Below are positions 8,567 through 19,097 of a DNA stretch of 64,000 nucleotides, one piece after another. Each line of letters begins with the position of its first letter. The stretch's first letter is position 1. The notes beneath the pieces are model-generated. The model ran no database searches, was not told where the DNA came from, and saw nothing but the letters and a program-made list of their open reading frames with translations. The position numbers were made by a program, and so were the translations under genes. The stretch is from Sphingobacteriales bacterium (GTDB lineage Bacteria > Bacteroidota > Bacteroidia > Chitinophagales > JADIYW01), in contig JADJYT010000003.1 of NCBI GenBank assembly GCA_016719635.1, positions 223,425 through 287,424 on the forward strand. The letters are read 5' to 3'.

Positions 8567-9937
8567 TTATTTATCGTCATCAATCAAAATCAGTTTCAAG
8601 ACATTCTTTGTTTTTTCAGTAACTTTATATCTGTCATCTATGCGATGACCTACCAACCAGATGAGTTTTTCTCCTGAAAAAAGTACAGCCGTTGTTTCCT
8701 TGTCGAGCAGGGAAAATTTTTCGTCTTTAAAATACTTGGCAAGTTTCTTTTTCCCCACCTTACCCGGTGTTTTAGGCTTGCTCATACCAAACGGATAAAA
8801 ATAATCCCCTTCTTTGCCATATCGGATCAATAAAGGCAACTCCAGTTTATCTGCATCGAAATAAGCGTACCTGTGGGAAGTCTTGATATTGAGTTCGCGG
8901 ACCGGCAGTAAAGAACATTCTATCTTGTAATTATTAAAAATAATCTGATTTGGTATTTTATCGCACAACAGGTAATTTTCCCGGCCTATAATTTTGGGAA
9001 CGATGAAAAGGCTTTTCCGATCCAGCACCATGCGGTGTGAATCCGATAAAAACTGCTTTCCGCTCTGCAGCTTTCCTGAAGCATTTAAACTTTGGAAAAG
9101 TTGACTGACAACGTCTGAATTGCAACCAAATTCTTTCAACAAATGGAACAGGATAGTTTGTCCGGCAGGATGCGACTTGATATAACCCATCTTAATTTCA
9201 GCTATGCCATTATTTTCACTGTAACATTTTTTTCTAATTGTTTCGATAAACTGCTCTGTCAACACTACATAATCATTCATGCGGTTTATGAACTCTTTAA
9301 CTGTATTGTGTATGGATGGATTGATTTTTTGCAGGTGTGGTATAACCTGATGCCGGATGAGGTTGCGCTGATAAACATCCGTTGAATTTGAACTGTCTTC
9401 CCTGAATGGTATATTATTCTCATTTGCATAAGCCATAATCTCCTGTTTGGAAACTTCGAGCAATGGACGAACGACAAATCCTGTTTTAGGCTGCATACCT
9501 GAAAGCCCTTTGATGCCGGTGCCTTTGGTCATATTCAGCAATACCGTTTCCAACTGGTCATCGAGGTGATGAGCGGTGACAATACACTGATAGTGATTTT
9601 CTTTCCGGATTTGCTCAAACCATTTGTACCGTAACTCACGCGCTGCCATTTGTGTGGATACCTCATTATTCCTTTTGTAGTCTTTTGTATCAAATTTCAC
9701 ACGGTAAAACGGCAAATTATGACTCCGTGCAAAGTCGTGTAAAAACAATTCATCCGCATCGCTTTCTTCACCACGCAACTGAAAATTGCAATGCGCAATG
9801 GAAATGTTATAGTTTAGTCTCATCAATACATCTGCCAGCACCATAGAATCCACGCCGCCGCTGCAGGCAACAAGTATGGAAGTACCGCTGTTGCATAAAT
9901 GGTGCTTGACGATATATGATTGTATTGTCTGTTGCAT
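8567..9937 (-). CDS. tilS: tRNA(Ile)-lysidine synthetase
   Basis: N-terminal PP-loop SGGVDSMVL and TilS-like length and layout. Confidence 0.9.
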   Translation of the reverse strand: MQQTIQSYIVKHHLCNSGTSILVACSGGVDSMVLADVLMRLNYNISIAHCNFQLRGEESDADELFLHDFARSHNLPFYRVKFDTKDYKRNNEVSTQMAARELRYKWFEQIRKENHYQCIVTAHHLDDQLETVLLNMTKGTGIKGLSGMQPKTGFVVRPLLEVSKQEIMAYANENNIPFREDSSNSTDVYQRNLIRHQVIPHLQKINPSIHNTVKEFINRMNDYVVLTEQFIETIRKKCYSENNGIAEIKMGYIKSHPAGQTILFHLLKEFGCNSDVVSQLFQSLNASGKLQSGKQFLSDSHRMVLDRKSLFIVPKIIGRENYLLCDKIPNQIIFNNYKIECSLLPVRELNIKTSHRYAYFDADKLELPLLIRYGKEGDYFYPFGMSKPKTPGKVGKKKLAKYFKDEKFSLLDKETTAVLFSGEKLIWLVGHRIDDRYKVTEKTKNVLKLILIDDDK

Positions 9938-9965
9938 TACTTCTTATTATTAGCGGTTTATATTC

Positions 9966-10289
9966 TTACATTTCAATTTCCAGATTCATCTGTGCATTCT
10001 TCAATTCGCTCAAACTATGAAGATCCTTTTGCTGCTGCGCAATCGTTATGCCTGCTTCATAAATATTTAATGCTTTTTTAACCTCTTCCAATTGTTCATA
10101 AACCTTACCCAAATGGTAATAGGCACCTACATACGTACTATCTACAACTAACAGTTTTTCAAACAGTTGTGCAGACCCTATGAACTTCCCAGCTTTCTCA
10201 TACTCTTTTGCCAACGCAAATAAAGCAAAGGTATCGTTGGGGTTATCAACAATCAGGGCTTCCAAACGTTCTATCCTATTCGTATGCAT
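9966..10289 (-). CDS. small TPR-repeat protein
   Basis: Two to three TPR-like helices (YEKAGKF...AQLFEKLL..., YYHLGKVYEQLEE...A). Start set at the ATG at 10289; the track start at 10304 is a TTG. Confidence 0.65.
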   Translation of the reverse strand: MHTNRIERLEALIVDNPNDTFALFALAKEYEKAGKFIGSAQLFEKLLVVDSTYVGAYYHLGKVYEQLEEVKKALNIYEAGITIAQQQKDLHSLSELKNAQMNLEIEM

Positions 10290-10346
10290 GCATTGAATTA
10301 TCAAAAATGAAGTAAATTAGCAACTCAAATTTTAAAAATTAAAGGT

Positions 10347-11090
10347 ATGAAATTTTTAGTATGTATAAGTTTGGTTCCGGACACTACCACTAAGATTTCG
10401 TTTGTGGACAATGATACGAAGTTCAACAACGATAAAGTACAGTGGATTCTGAACCCCTACGATGAATGGTATGCTTTAGTGCGTGCATTAGAACTGAAAG
10501 AAGCGAACGGCGGTAACGTAACCGTTATCAATGTCGGCAGTGCGGAAAACGACCAGGTGATCCGTAAGGCGCTGGCAATCGGGGCGGACGATGCTATCCG
10601 TATCGATGCAGCCGGCGATCTGGATTCTTACGCCATTGCGGCTGAAATCGCCGCTGCGGCTAAATCCGGCGGTTTTGATGTCATCCTCTTAGGTAAAGAA
10701 ACCATCAGCTACAACGGCTCTAACCTGGGCGGTATGCTGGCAGAATTATTAGACCTTCCATTTGTTTCGTACGCATCCAAACTGGATATGACGGGCAACA
10801 CAGCCAGCATCGATAGAGATATCGAAGGCGGCAAGGAAGTTTTATCCGTTGATACGCCGTTCGTGATCTCCTGTGCAAAAGGAATGGCAGAAGCACGTAT
10901 CCCTAATATGAAAGGAATTATGGCCGCCAAAAGCAAACCGTTGCAAGTGGTCACTCCGCAGGGCGTAGGTTCTTTGACTTCCACCGTGAAGTATGAACTG
11001 CCTCCGGCAAAATCAGCATGCAAAATGGTTTCTCCGGACAACGTGGAAGAGTTGGTACAATTATTACATAACGAAGCAAAAATGATATAG
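10347..11090 (+). CDS. etfB: electron transfer flavoprotein subunit beta
   Basis: MKFLVCISLVPDTTTKI... N-terminus and EtfB length, followed 2 nt later by etfA. Confidence 0.9.
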   Translation: MKFLVCISLVPDTTTKISFVDNDTKFNNDKVQWILNPYDEWYALVRALELKEANGGNVTVINVGSAENDQVIRKALAIGADDAIRIDAAGDLDSYAIAAEIAAAAKSGGFDVILLGKETISYNGSNLGGMLAELLDLPFVSYASKLDMTGNTASIDRDIEGGKEVLSVDTPFVISCAKGMAEARIPNMKGIMAAKSKPLQVVTPQGVGSLTSTVKYELPPAKSACKMVSPDNVEELVQLLHNEAKMI

Positions 11091-11092
11091 TC

Positions 11093-12061
11093 ATGGCAGT
11101 TTTATTTTTAGTAGAAACAGCAGGCGGAAAGGTTAAGAAAGCAAGTTTTGAAATTGCAACTTATGCCGCCAAAACAGCAAGTGCCTTAGGCACGGAGGCT
11201 GTAGGGTTAGCCTTAGGAACAACAGATGCTGGCGAATTGGCTGCATTAGGAATATATGGCGCAAAAAAGATTGTCCACGCTGGCAATGCAGGCTTTGATA
11301 ATTTTGACGCTGGCACTTATGCAAAAGCGATTGCCGACACCGCCGCTGCGGTGGGTGCAAAAGTGATTGCCATTTCCCAGACATTAACCGGAAAAGCGGT
11401 GGCGCCGAGAGTGGCTGTACGCTTAAACGCCGGCATCGTAAGCGGTGCCGTAAGTCTGCCGGATGCTGATTTCGTCGTCAAAAAGGCGGCATTCTCCGGA
11501 AAGGCTTTTGCTTATCTGAAAATCAATTCTGACAATAAGGTGATTTCTGTAGTACCGAACTCTGTAGGTGCGGTAAAAGGAGACGGCAGTGCTGCAGTTG
11601 AAAATGCAGACTTAGTACCTGCAGTATCCAAAATAATGGTGAAAGAAGTCGTTCGTCAGACAGGCGATGTTGCACCACTTCCGGAAGCGGAACTGGTCGT
11701 TTCTGCCGGTCGTGGCATGAAAGGGCCTGAAAACTGGGGTATTGTGGAAGACCTTGCGAAAGTACTGGGTGCAACGACAGCCTGCTCGCGTCCCGTAGCC
11801 GACGTACATTGGAGACCTCACCACGAACACGTGGGACAAACCGGTGTCGCTATCCGTCCAAACTTATACATCGCTATTGGTATTTCCGGTGCTATCCAGC
11901 ATTTAGCCGGTGTCAACCAGTCTAAATGTATCGTGGTCATCAATAAAGATCCGGAAGCTCCATTCTTCAAGGCTGCTGACTATGGAATCTGCGGAGATTT
12001 GTTTGAAGTAGTACCGAAGTTAACGGAAGCGATTAAAGCATTTAAATCAAGCCAACACTAA
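11093..12061 (+). CDS. etfA: electron transfer flavoprotein subunit alpha
   Basis: C-terminal FAD-binding signature ...LYIAIGISGAIQHLAGV... Confidence 0.9.
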   Translation: MAVLFLVETAGGKVKKASFEIATYAAKTASALGTEAVGLALGTTDAGELAALGIYGAKKIVHAGNAGFDNFDAGTYAKAIADTAAAVGAKVIAISQTLTGKAVAPRVAVRLNAGIVSGAVSLPDADFVVKKAAFSGKAFAYLKINSDNKVISVVPNSVGAVKGDGSAAVENADLVPAVSKIMVKEVVRQTGDVAPLPEAELVVSAGRGMKGPENWGIVEDLAKVLGATTACSRPVADVHWRPHHEHVGQTGVAIRPNLYIAIGISGAIQHLAGVNQSKCIVVINKDPEAPFFKAADYGICGDLFEVVPKLTEAIKAFKSSQH

Positions 12062-12120
12062 TCGATTTTAGATATCAGATTATGATTTGAGATTTGATAT
12101 TTTCTTGATATTTTATAAAA

Positions 12121-12156
12121 AGCCACCAACCTAGGTTGGTGGCTTTTTATTTTTTT
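12121..12156 (+). terminator. rho-independent terminator after etfA
   Basis: agccaccaacc-ta-ggttggtggct stem followed by a ttttatttttttg run. Confidence 0.75.
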
Positions 12157-12206
12157 GTTGAAAAAGCAAAAAGTAATTTTACCGCCTTTTTTTTATCTTT
12201 ACAGCG

Positions 12207-12803
12207 ATGAATAAGGTCGAATTAGAAATCATCAACATCACTCAGGGGTTTACACAACACCATTCCTATCATGTGGTTTTAGGCGAAGTGAAAGGCAAAC
12301 GCAGGCTACCTATTGTCATTGGTGTTTCAGAGGCGCAGGCTATTGCCGTTGCCCTAGAAAACATGCCTCCGGCACGCCCCTTAACACACGACCTTTTCAA
12401 GACCGTTATGGAAACCTTTCATATTGTGCTGAGTGAAATCGTTATCACCAACCTGATGGAAGGCATATTCTACTCTAAACTCATCTGCATACAAAACGGC
12501 GAAGAATATGAGATAGATTCCAGGACTTCGGATGCCATTGCCCTGGCTATACGATTTAGCTGCCCCATTTACATTTATGGAGATATCCTTGAAACTTCCG
12601 GTATCGTTCTGATAGAAGAACCGGAAGAAGGCACGGATGAATATTCATCAGTCTCTGCCCCCATTCCTTCTGAAACAGAAAAAACCGACTTTACCATCTA
12701 TACCTTTAAAGAACTGGAAAAAATGCTGAATGAGGCGCTTACCAATGAAGATTACGAAAAAGCGGCAAAAATACGGGACGAATTAACCAAGCGTGAAAAA
12801 TAA
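12207..12803 (+). CDS. bifunctional nuclease (BFN/DUF151) family protein with a C-terminal UVR motif
   Basis: RRLPIVIGVSEAQAIAVALENMPPARPLTHDLF is the DUF151 core, and EDYEKAAKIRDEL is a UvrB/C-type motif. Confidence 0.75.
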   Translation: MNKVELEIINITQGFTQHHSYHVVLGEVKGKRRLPIVIGVSEAQAIAVALENMPPARPLTHDLFKTVMETFHIVLSEIVITNLMEGIFYSKLICIQNGEEYEIDSRTSDAIALAIRFSCPIYIYGDILETSGIVLIEEPEEGTDEYSSVSAPIPSETEKTDFTIYTFKELEKMLNEALTNEDYEKAAKIRDELTKREK

Positions 12804-13006
12804 AAAATGACCGCCAAAAGCGGTCATTCGAAAAGGGGGTTTATGTTTCTATGTTAAGATAAAGTTAAAGCAAAAGTTGCTGTGACGCTTTGATTTGAAT
12901 CAATAAAATTTAGTTTAGCTTCAAATGTTTAATTACTTAACATTTATCAATTTTTATTGAGTCTAAATAGTTAAAAGAGGCTGTCAAAACAAAAAAAAAG
13001 AATAAT

Positions 13007-13690
13007 ATGGCAAGTGAACCATTCAGGATAGCAAGGTATTTGGGCGTTTTATTACTTATTTGCGCCTTGATATTATTACTTGTCAATCCCAAACCCGCCA
13101 ATAATCTGCCAAAAGATTTTTATACCCCCATTATCGCTTTTGAATTTATTCAGACACCGCAGGAAGTCGCAGCATTTTTTGACATCCCCGATGTGAATTC
13201 GTACATCAGGACGATGCTTCTGGGAAACTGGATAGATTATGGTTTCATGGTATTATACAGTGCCTTGTTATTTTTCATAGCCCTTGGAATCAAAAGAATA
13301 TCCGGTGCCCAGACGATGCTTTTGGCATTTGTTTGCTGCATTACCATGCTGGTCTTTGATGCCTTGGAAAACTACCAGATTCACCTGATCATCACCCACT
13401 ATAAAAATCAGGCTATTTCTGGAAATTTAGCACTGTTGAATATATTCACCTGGCTGAAATGGAGTTCGATTGCTTCTGCATTTTTAGTGTTCTCTCCGTT
13501 TTTCCTCAAAGGCAAATGGTTCCATAAAATCATCGGATGCCTCTGTATCTCCTGCTTTGTTCTTGGAATAGCGGCTTTTGTTCGTCATGGTCTGTTAAAC
13601 GAATTGTTTGCCGGCAATGTGGTGCTTGTTTTCCTGCTTTTAGTAATATTCGCCTTTACCAACCAAGAACGCATTTCTACGACATTATAG
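13007..13690 (+). CDS. hypothetical polytopic membrane protein
   Basis: About 6 hydrophobic helices; no family recognised. Confidence 0.5.
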   Translation: MASEPFRIARYLGVLLLICALILLLVNPKPANNLPKDFYTPIIAFEFIQTPQEVAAFFDIPDVNSYIRTMLLGNWIDYGFMVLYSALLFFIALGIKRISGAQTMLLAFVCCITMLVFDALENYQIHLIITHYKNQAISGNLALLNIFTWLKWSSIASAFLVFSPFFLKGKWFHKIIGCLCISCFVLGIAAFVRHGLLNELFAGNVVLVFLLLVIFAFTNQERISTTL

Positions 13691-16063
13691 TTCCAGCACC
13701 AACCCAACAGATGGAATTATATTTCCGCTGCTGTTCGGCAATTCCCTCAGTTTGTATCTTGTATTCGAAGCATCCTGATAGAGGGGATTCCCATCTGTGT
13801 CTTTTTCTATATCAACATAATTTTGACCCGGCTGTTTGCTCTTGTATACATTCTGGATATCCAGATAGAGGTTAATGTTTATCTTTTTCAAAAACCATTT
13901 TTTATCAACTCTCAGGTTCATGGAGTGCAGTGGTTTGGTTCGTTCTGTATTTAACCTTGAGTAATCCTTAATGGGATTTCCATTGGTGGCATCCCAAATT
14001 TGGACAATGGCTAAGTTTGCCGTGTCATAAGGGGTATAAGGCAATCCGCCCTGGATAGACCATTTTATGCCGATTTCCCAGTTGCGTTTGAATTTATAAC
14101 CTGCTGTCAGGCTGAAAATATGGCGGCTGTCCCAGCTGCTGGATTTAAACGTATTGGTAGAATCGGTAAACAAACTTCTGTACCATGTATACGAAGCAAT
14201 CCCAAACAATCCTTTCCAAAGTTTTTGCTGTACCGCAATTTCAACACCGTATGTTTTACCTTTACTTGTGGATGCTGCTGGCTCATCTCCCACCCATCCG
14301 AAATCACCGCCTAAATTAGCCAGTGAGATGCCCTTATTCAGCAGCATCGGATAGTTGTAATACCATTTCATAAAACCTTCCACCGATACTTTAGTATTCG
14401 TAGTGGTGGTCACGGCGACACCTCCGACAACCTGCACATTGCGTATATATTTCAGCCTGTTTCTGTTCACCAGGCGTTGAAAATCATCTCTGAATCCCAT
14501 CGTGGTATAGGAAGGCAGCTGGTGATACATGCCCGTATTGAAGTTGATGGAAACCATTTTATTGATTGCATAGGATGCCGAAAAACTCGGTGAAACCTGA
14601 TTGAACAAATTGGCCATATTTCTATTATACCCGTTTCCATCCAGGCGAAGCCCTACCGATAAACTCAATTTATCATTTATAAAATTCCTGCTGACCTGTG
14701 TAAAGAATCCGTATTTATGGACATTTAGGTTGGAGGCATAATTGACATTGATGACGTTCGAATCAATATTTCTGGATTGGAAAGTGGACGTGGAGTACAG
14801 TGCATATTCATAATTACCGCCGTAAATAATTTTATATCCTTTCTTTCGGATGACATGTTCCAGCCGAAGTTTATTTTCCGTCTCTGTCGAATTCAAATTG
14901 AATATCTTCGGGTTGGAAGACAAATTATCCCTGTATTTAAATATCTGATTACCGAACATGCTTCTGCTCGCCACAACAATCAGATAGCTGTTCTCCATGA
15001 AATAACGGTAACGCGCTCCGACCGTATAGTTCCACTGATTCTGTACAGGCAATAATCTCAATAGGATTTTCTGTTCATCTTTCTTATTCTCTTTGAGGTT
15101 CAATCTCAGTTTATCATAGGCTCCAACCCCAATAAATGTCAGGTCATGTTTGTTGTTAAACTTGTGCATCACCTTAAACTGCACATCAGAGTAGGTCGGT
15201 AAGAACGGGAGTTTGAATACTTTAAACAGCCCCTGCAGGTAAGAATAACGGCCATTCAGCATGAACGTCGTTTTCTTTTTCTTCGTAAACGGCCCTTCTA
15301 ATGTAATCCCGGCTTCGCTGGCTCCCAGCGTAAATGTAAAACCCACTCTGTCTTTCCTTCCTTCACGCTGGGTGAGTTGCAGGATGGAACTGAGTGCATT
15401 GCCTCTGTTGGCCGGGAAAGCGCCGGTATAAAAGTCCGCATTATTGATAAAATCGACATTCAGCAAGCCATTGCTGCCACCGCTGGCACCCTGTGTGGCA
15501 AAGTGATTGATGGTTGGAATCTCAATATCATCCAGGTAAAAGCGGTTTTCGTTCGGAGCACCGCCGCGCACAATCAGATCATTCCGGAAGCCTAATGCGG
15601 AAGCCACACCCGGCAAATTCTTAATCGCCCTGGATATATCCCTGTTACCGCCCGGATTCCGTTGAATTTCATTCACACCGATGGATGTCAGTGATAAAGG
15701 GGATTCGAGCCTTTTTTCAAACGGGTTGGCTTTTATGACAATAGAATCCAGTACCTGAGTGGTTTGCTTTAATGCAATATCCAGCCGGACCGGTTTGGCA
15801 TTGCTCACCTGTACCTCAAATATGGTCTGCGTTTCATATCCCAAATACGAAACTTCTATATTAAACAAACCTGCGGTAAGGTCTTCAATCTTATAGTTGC
15901 CATCCGCATCCGTAGAAGCGCCAAAATCCGTTCCTTTGACAATGATATTCGCACCGATAATCGCTTCGTTGTTGATTTCATCATAAATTCGTCCCTGAAT
16001 GATACCTTTCTGGGCTTTCAGCAAGAGTGGAGAAAGCAGTAGCAGTATTAGTAAATTTCTCAT
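13685..16063 (-). CDS. TonB-dependent receptor with an N-terminal carboxypeptidase-regulatory-like domain
   Basis: Signal peptide MRNLLILLLLSPLLLKAQ, a GRIYDE...GANIIVKGT...DGNY domain, a plug region and a C-terminal beta-barrel ending in an aromatic-rich strand. Start set at the ATG at 16063. Confidence 0.85.
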   Translation of the reverse strand: MRNLLILLLLSPLLLKAQKGIIQGRIYDEINNEAIIGANIIVKGTDFGASTDADGNYKIEDLTAGLFNIEVSYLGYETQTIFEVQVSNAKPVRLDIALKQTTQVLDSIVIKANPFEKRLESPLSLTSIGVNEIQRNPGGNRDISRAIKNLPGVASALGFRNDLIVRGGAPNENRFYLDDIEIPTINHFATQGASGGSNGLLNVDFINNADFYTGAFPANRGNALSSILQLTQREGRKDRVGFTFTLGASEAGITLEGPFTKKKKTTFMLNGRYSYLQGLFKVFKLPFLPTYSDVQFKVMHKFNNKHDLTFIGVGAYDKLRLNLKENKKDEQKILLRLLPVQNQWNYTVGARYRYFMENSYLIVVASRSMFGNQIFKYRDNLSSNPKIFNLNSTETENKLRLEHVIRKKGYKIIYGGNYEYALYSTSTFQSRNIDSNVINVNYASNLNVHKYGFFTQVSRNFINDKLSLSVGLRLDGNGYNRNMANLFNQVSPSFSASYAINKMVSINFNTGMYHQLPSYTTMGFRDDFQRLVNRNRLKYIRNVQVVGGVAVTTTTNTKVSVEGFMKWYYNYPMLLNKGISLANLGGDFGWVGDEPAASTSKGKTYGVEIAVQQKLWKGLFGIASYTWYRSLFTDSTNTFKSSSWDSRHIFSLTAGYKFKRNWEIGIKWSIQGGLPYTPYDTANLAIVQIWDATNGNPIKDYSRLNTERTKPLHSMNLRVDKKWFLKKININLYLDIQNVYKSKQPGQNYVDIEKDTDGNPLYQDASNTRYKLRELPNSSGNIIPSVGLVLEL

Positions 16064-16168
16064 ATTTGGTGTGTATTTATAACCACTAAAAACCATTAAT
16101 GAGCGAAATTGTTTAAAACTGCTTAAAGAATTGTCAGAAAATATTCAACCAAATTGGTAACTTGAAGT

Positions 16169-16753
16169 ATGGAATATCTTGTTACTGCAACTGGATGGAT
16201 GGCCTATTTTGCACTGCATAGCATTTTGGCATCCAGGAAAACCAAGGAATGGGTGAAAGGTACATCTTCTGTCATCCACGAGAACTACAGAATCCTGTAT
16301 AATATCATCTCGATTATTGGGTTAGTCTTACTGATGCTGCTCACCTTTCAGAATCCTGTTTTGCTCTTTAAGGCACCTTATATATCTTCTTTCATTGGGT
16401 TTTCGTTTGCCGGCATCGGTACATTCGTTCTCCTTGTTGCCTTAATGACATTCGACCTAAAAGAATTCATCGGCATCGCTCCCCGAAAGGACGTTCCAGC
16501 AGAGAACGGCAAACTGATCATTACAGGAATTTATCAGTATGTGAGACATCCATTATATACCGGAGTCATACTGCAGGTTTTAGGCGCATATGTATTATTC
16601 CCTTACATCAAAGTTCTGATTGCAAGTGTTATTCTAATAGTTTACATTTTGATTGGCAGCAAACTGGAAGAAGTAAAACTGATAGATGAATTCGGCGAAG
16701 AATACATCAGTTACAAGAAAAAGGTAAAAGGCCTGATTCCCTATATTTTCTAA
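16169..16753 (+). CDS. isoprenylcysteine carboxyl methyltransferase (ICMT)-like membrane methyltransferase
   Basis: LIITGIYQYVRHPLYTG motif plus multiple TM helices. Confidence 0.7.
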   Translation: MEYLVTATGWMAYFALHSILASRKTKEWVKGTSSVIHENYRILYNIISIIGLVLLMLLTFQNPVLLFKAPYISSFIGFSFAGIGTFVLLVALMTFDLKEFIGIAPRKDVPAENGKLIITGIYQYVRHPLYTGVILQVLGAYVLFPYIKVLIASVILIVYILIGSKLEEVKLIDEFGEEYISYKKKVKGLIPYIF

Positions 16754-18711
16754 TCCACCCGTTCAATATTGATGTGCGCTTTCTGGGCGATGCGAATCGG
16801 AATATTTTCCACCCGGCAGTTCGTTTTTTCCAAGCCAAAATCCACTTCTGTAGGAATACTCAGCCCTTTGATGAAATTATAGGATTTAATCAGGAACTGC
16901 TCCACCGGGTTTAACTTATTATCAATCGATACGATTGAATTCAATACTACATACTTGAAGTCTGCCGGATAGCCGTGTTTACGGAGCGAAGCATAGTGGC
17001 TCAACAAATCTATCTCCCCTTGTTTTTCCATATCTTCCACAATTTTCGTAAACATGACGTGCACCTTGTGATCCACCTTAAACCCGAATTTCAAACGGAT
17101 GAAAAAACATTTCTGCGGAATGACGGTCTCCACCGAATATTCCGCACCGTAAGGTTCGCTGGTGATATCCACATGCACAAACCAATAGGTATCGGCGCGT
17201 TTGGGCTTTTTGCGGAAGATGGAATAAATTATATTGGAATCGATGTGTTTTTTATCGTTGGCATTGCACATAAACACCAGGTTCGTGGCTTCTTTCGGAA
17301 TGGAAGTGTCATTCTGCAAATCCTGCAAATCGTCCAGGTAATCCTTGATTTCAACGAATTCGATATGTTTGTTACGCAATTTCTTACCCAGATAAAATAA
17401 GTACATGGTCACAAAGATAAATATGGCGATTATCAGGGCAAACCAACCACCGTGTGCAAACTTACTTAAGTTAGCAGATAAAAAAGTGAACTCTATCCAT
17501 AAGAAAAAGAAAAGGAATGCATAAACAAACAACTTTGGTTTTCTTTTTACCGTGAAATAATAGGTTAACAGACTGGTCGTCATCAGCATATCAATGGTAA
17601 TGGCTAATCCGTATGCTGCCTCCATTTTACTGGATTCTTTAAAGAGTAACACCACGACTGTACAACCAAAAAACAAGAACCAGTTGATGAACGGAATATA
17701 TATCTGTCCCTGGGAGATGGAAGGATAAATAATTTTTTGATTCGGCCATAATTTCAGTTTCATTGCTTCATTTACCAGTGTAAAGCAACCGCTGATCAAT
17801 GCCTGGGAAGCAATTACAGTAGCTAATGTTGCAATTCCAATTCCAATATATAAAAACCATTTAGGCATTAAGGAATAAAAGGGAGAAACCACATGCCAAT
17901 CCAACTGTTTATTTGACATTATAAAGGCTGCCTGTCCGAAATAACTGAACAACAGACAGATTTTTACAAAACCCCAGCTGAAGCGGATATTTTGCTTGCC
18001 GCAATGCCCTAAATCGGAATACAACGCCTCTCCTCCTGTAGTACATAAAAATACCGCACCTAAAAACCAAAATCCTCCGGGATAGTGTAAGACAAGATTA
18101 AATGCATAATAAGGATTTAAAGCTTTAAAGACAACCGTATTCTGTATCACTTGGTGTAAACCCAATGTACCTATCATGGTGAACCAAATAAACATTACCG
18201 GACCAAATACCACACCCACCCTGTTTGTACCGAATTGCTGAACAACAAACAAAAAAAACAAAATTGTAAGAACAATGGGGACTGTCTGCAAGTCAGGATA
18301 TATTATAGTCAACCCTTCGATAGCAGATGAAATAGAAATAGGTGGTGTTATAAATCCGTCTGCCATCAAAGTAGCGCAACCTATCAATGCAGGAATAATA
18401 GTCCATTTCGCTTTATATCGCCGAACCAATGCATATAATGAAAAAATACCACCTTCACCATTATTGTCCGCATTTAAAGCAAGAATCACATATTTTACGG
18501 TGGTAACAAAAGTAAGCGTCCAAAAAACACAGGACAATCCTCCTAAAACCAATTCATCCGTAATTGCGTGCTTCCCCTCCATTGCCATTGTCATGATTGC
18601 GCGGAGTACATAAATCGGCGAAGTACCGATATCCCCAAAGATGATACCTAATGAAATAAGTGCCCCTGCTGCTGTTAGTTTATTTAAGCCATGATCTATT
18701 TTATCAGCCAT
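16750..18711 (-). CDS. kup: KUP/HAK/KT potassium transporter
   Basis: GDIGTSPIYV motif, 12 TM helices and a cytoplasmic tail; 653 aa. Confidence 0.9.
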   Translation of the reverse strand: MADKIDHGLNKLTAAGALISLGIIFGDIGTSPIYVLRAIMTMAMEGKHAITDELVLGGLSCVFWTLTFVTTVKYVILALNADNNGEGGIFSLYALVRRYKAKWTIIPALIGCATLMADGFITPPISISSAIEGLTIIYPDLQTVPIVLTILFFLFVVQQFGTNRVGVVFGPVMFIWFTMIGTLGLHQVIQNTVVFKALNPYYAFNLVLHYPGGFWFLGAVFLCTTGGEALYSDLGHCGKQNIRFSWGFVKICLLFSYFGQAAFIMSNKQLDWHVVSPFYSLMPKWFLYIGIGIATLATVIASQALISGCFTLVNEAMKLKLWPNQKIIYPSISQGQIYIPFINWFLFFGCTVVVLLFKESSKMEAAYGLAITIDMLMTTSLLTYYFTVKRKPKLFVYAFLFFFLWIEFTFLSANLSKFAHGGWFALIIAIFIFVTMYLFYLGKKLRNKHIEFVEIKDYLDDLQDLQNDTSIPKEATNLVFMCNANDKKHIDSNIIYSIFRKKPKRADTYWFVHVDITSEPYGAEYSVETVIPQKCFFIRLKFGFKVDHKVHVMFTKIVEDMEKQGEIDLLSHYASLRKHGYPADFKYVVLNSIVSIDNKLNPVEQFLIKSYNFIKGLSIPTEVDFGLEKTNCRVENIPIRIAQKAHINIERVD

Positions 18712-18754
18712 ATTGGATATTTTGAACCGCGTATGTTGTAGAAAAAACGGTGTG

Positions 18755-18762
18755 CAAATTTA
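18755..18762 (-). promoter_or_regulatory. candidate Bacteroidota sigma-A -7 box (TAAATTTG) upstream of kup
   Basis: Exact match to TAnnTTTG on the minus strand, 43 nt upstream of the kup ATG. No convincing -33 TTTG at canonical spacing. Confidence 0.3.
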
Positions 18763-18829
18763 ATAGAAATTACCATTCGATTCGTTTATTTATTATTATT
18801 TTGTACACACCTAAAACCGTTTATACACC

Positions 18830-19093
18830 ATGTATTTCAGCCGGTATTTCTTTCTAATCAACTGTGTCACTTATATTTACATGGGTTGGGATAAACTGAA
18901 GGCTAAAACAGGCGGATGGCGGGTTTCGGTATTTCTGCTCTTATTGCTTAATTTTGCAGGCGGTTTTGTTGGCGGTTGGACAGGTATGCTTACATTCCGT
19001 CACAAAACATCCAATAGTCCGTTTATCAGATGGATGTGGCTTTGTACCGGACTATGGATACTGATTCTTGGTTTTTTCTACTATTATAAATAA
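18830..19093 (+). CDS. DUF1294-like small membrane protein
   Basis: DKLKAKTGGWRVSV followed by two TM helices. Confidence 0.5.
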   Translation: MYFSRYFFLINCVTYIYMGWDKLKAKTGGWRVSVFLLLLLNFAGGFVGGWTGMLTFRHKTSNSPFIRWMWLCTGLWILILGFFYYYK

Positions 19094-19097
19094 AAAA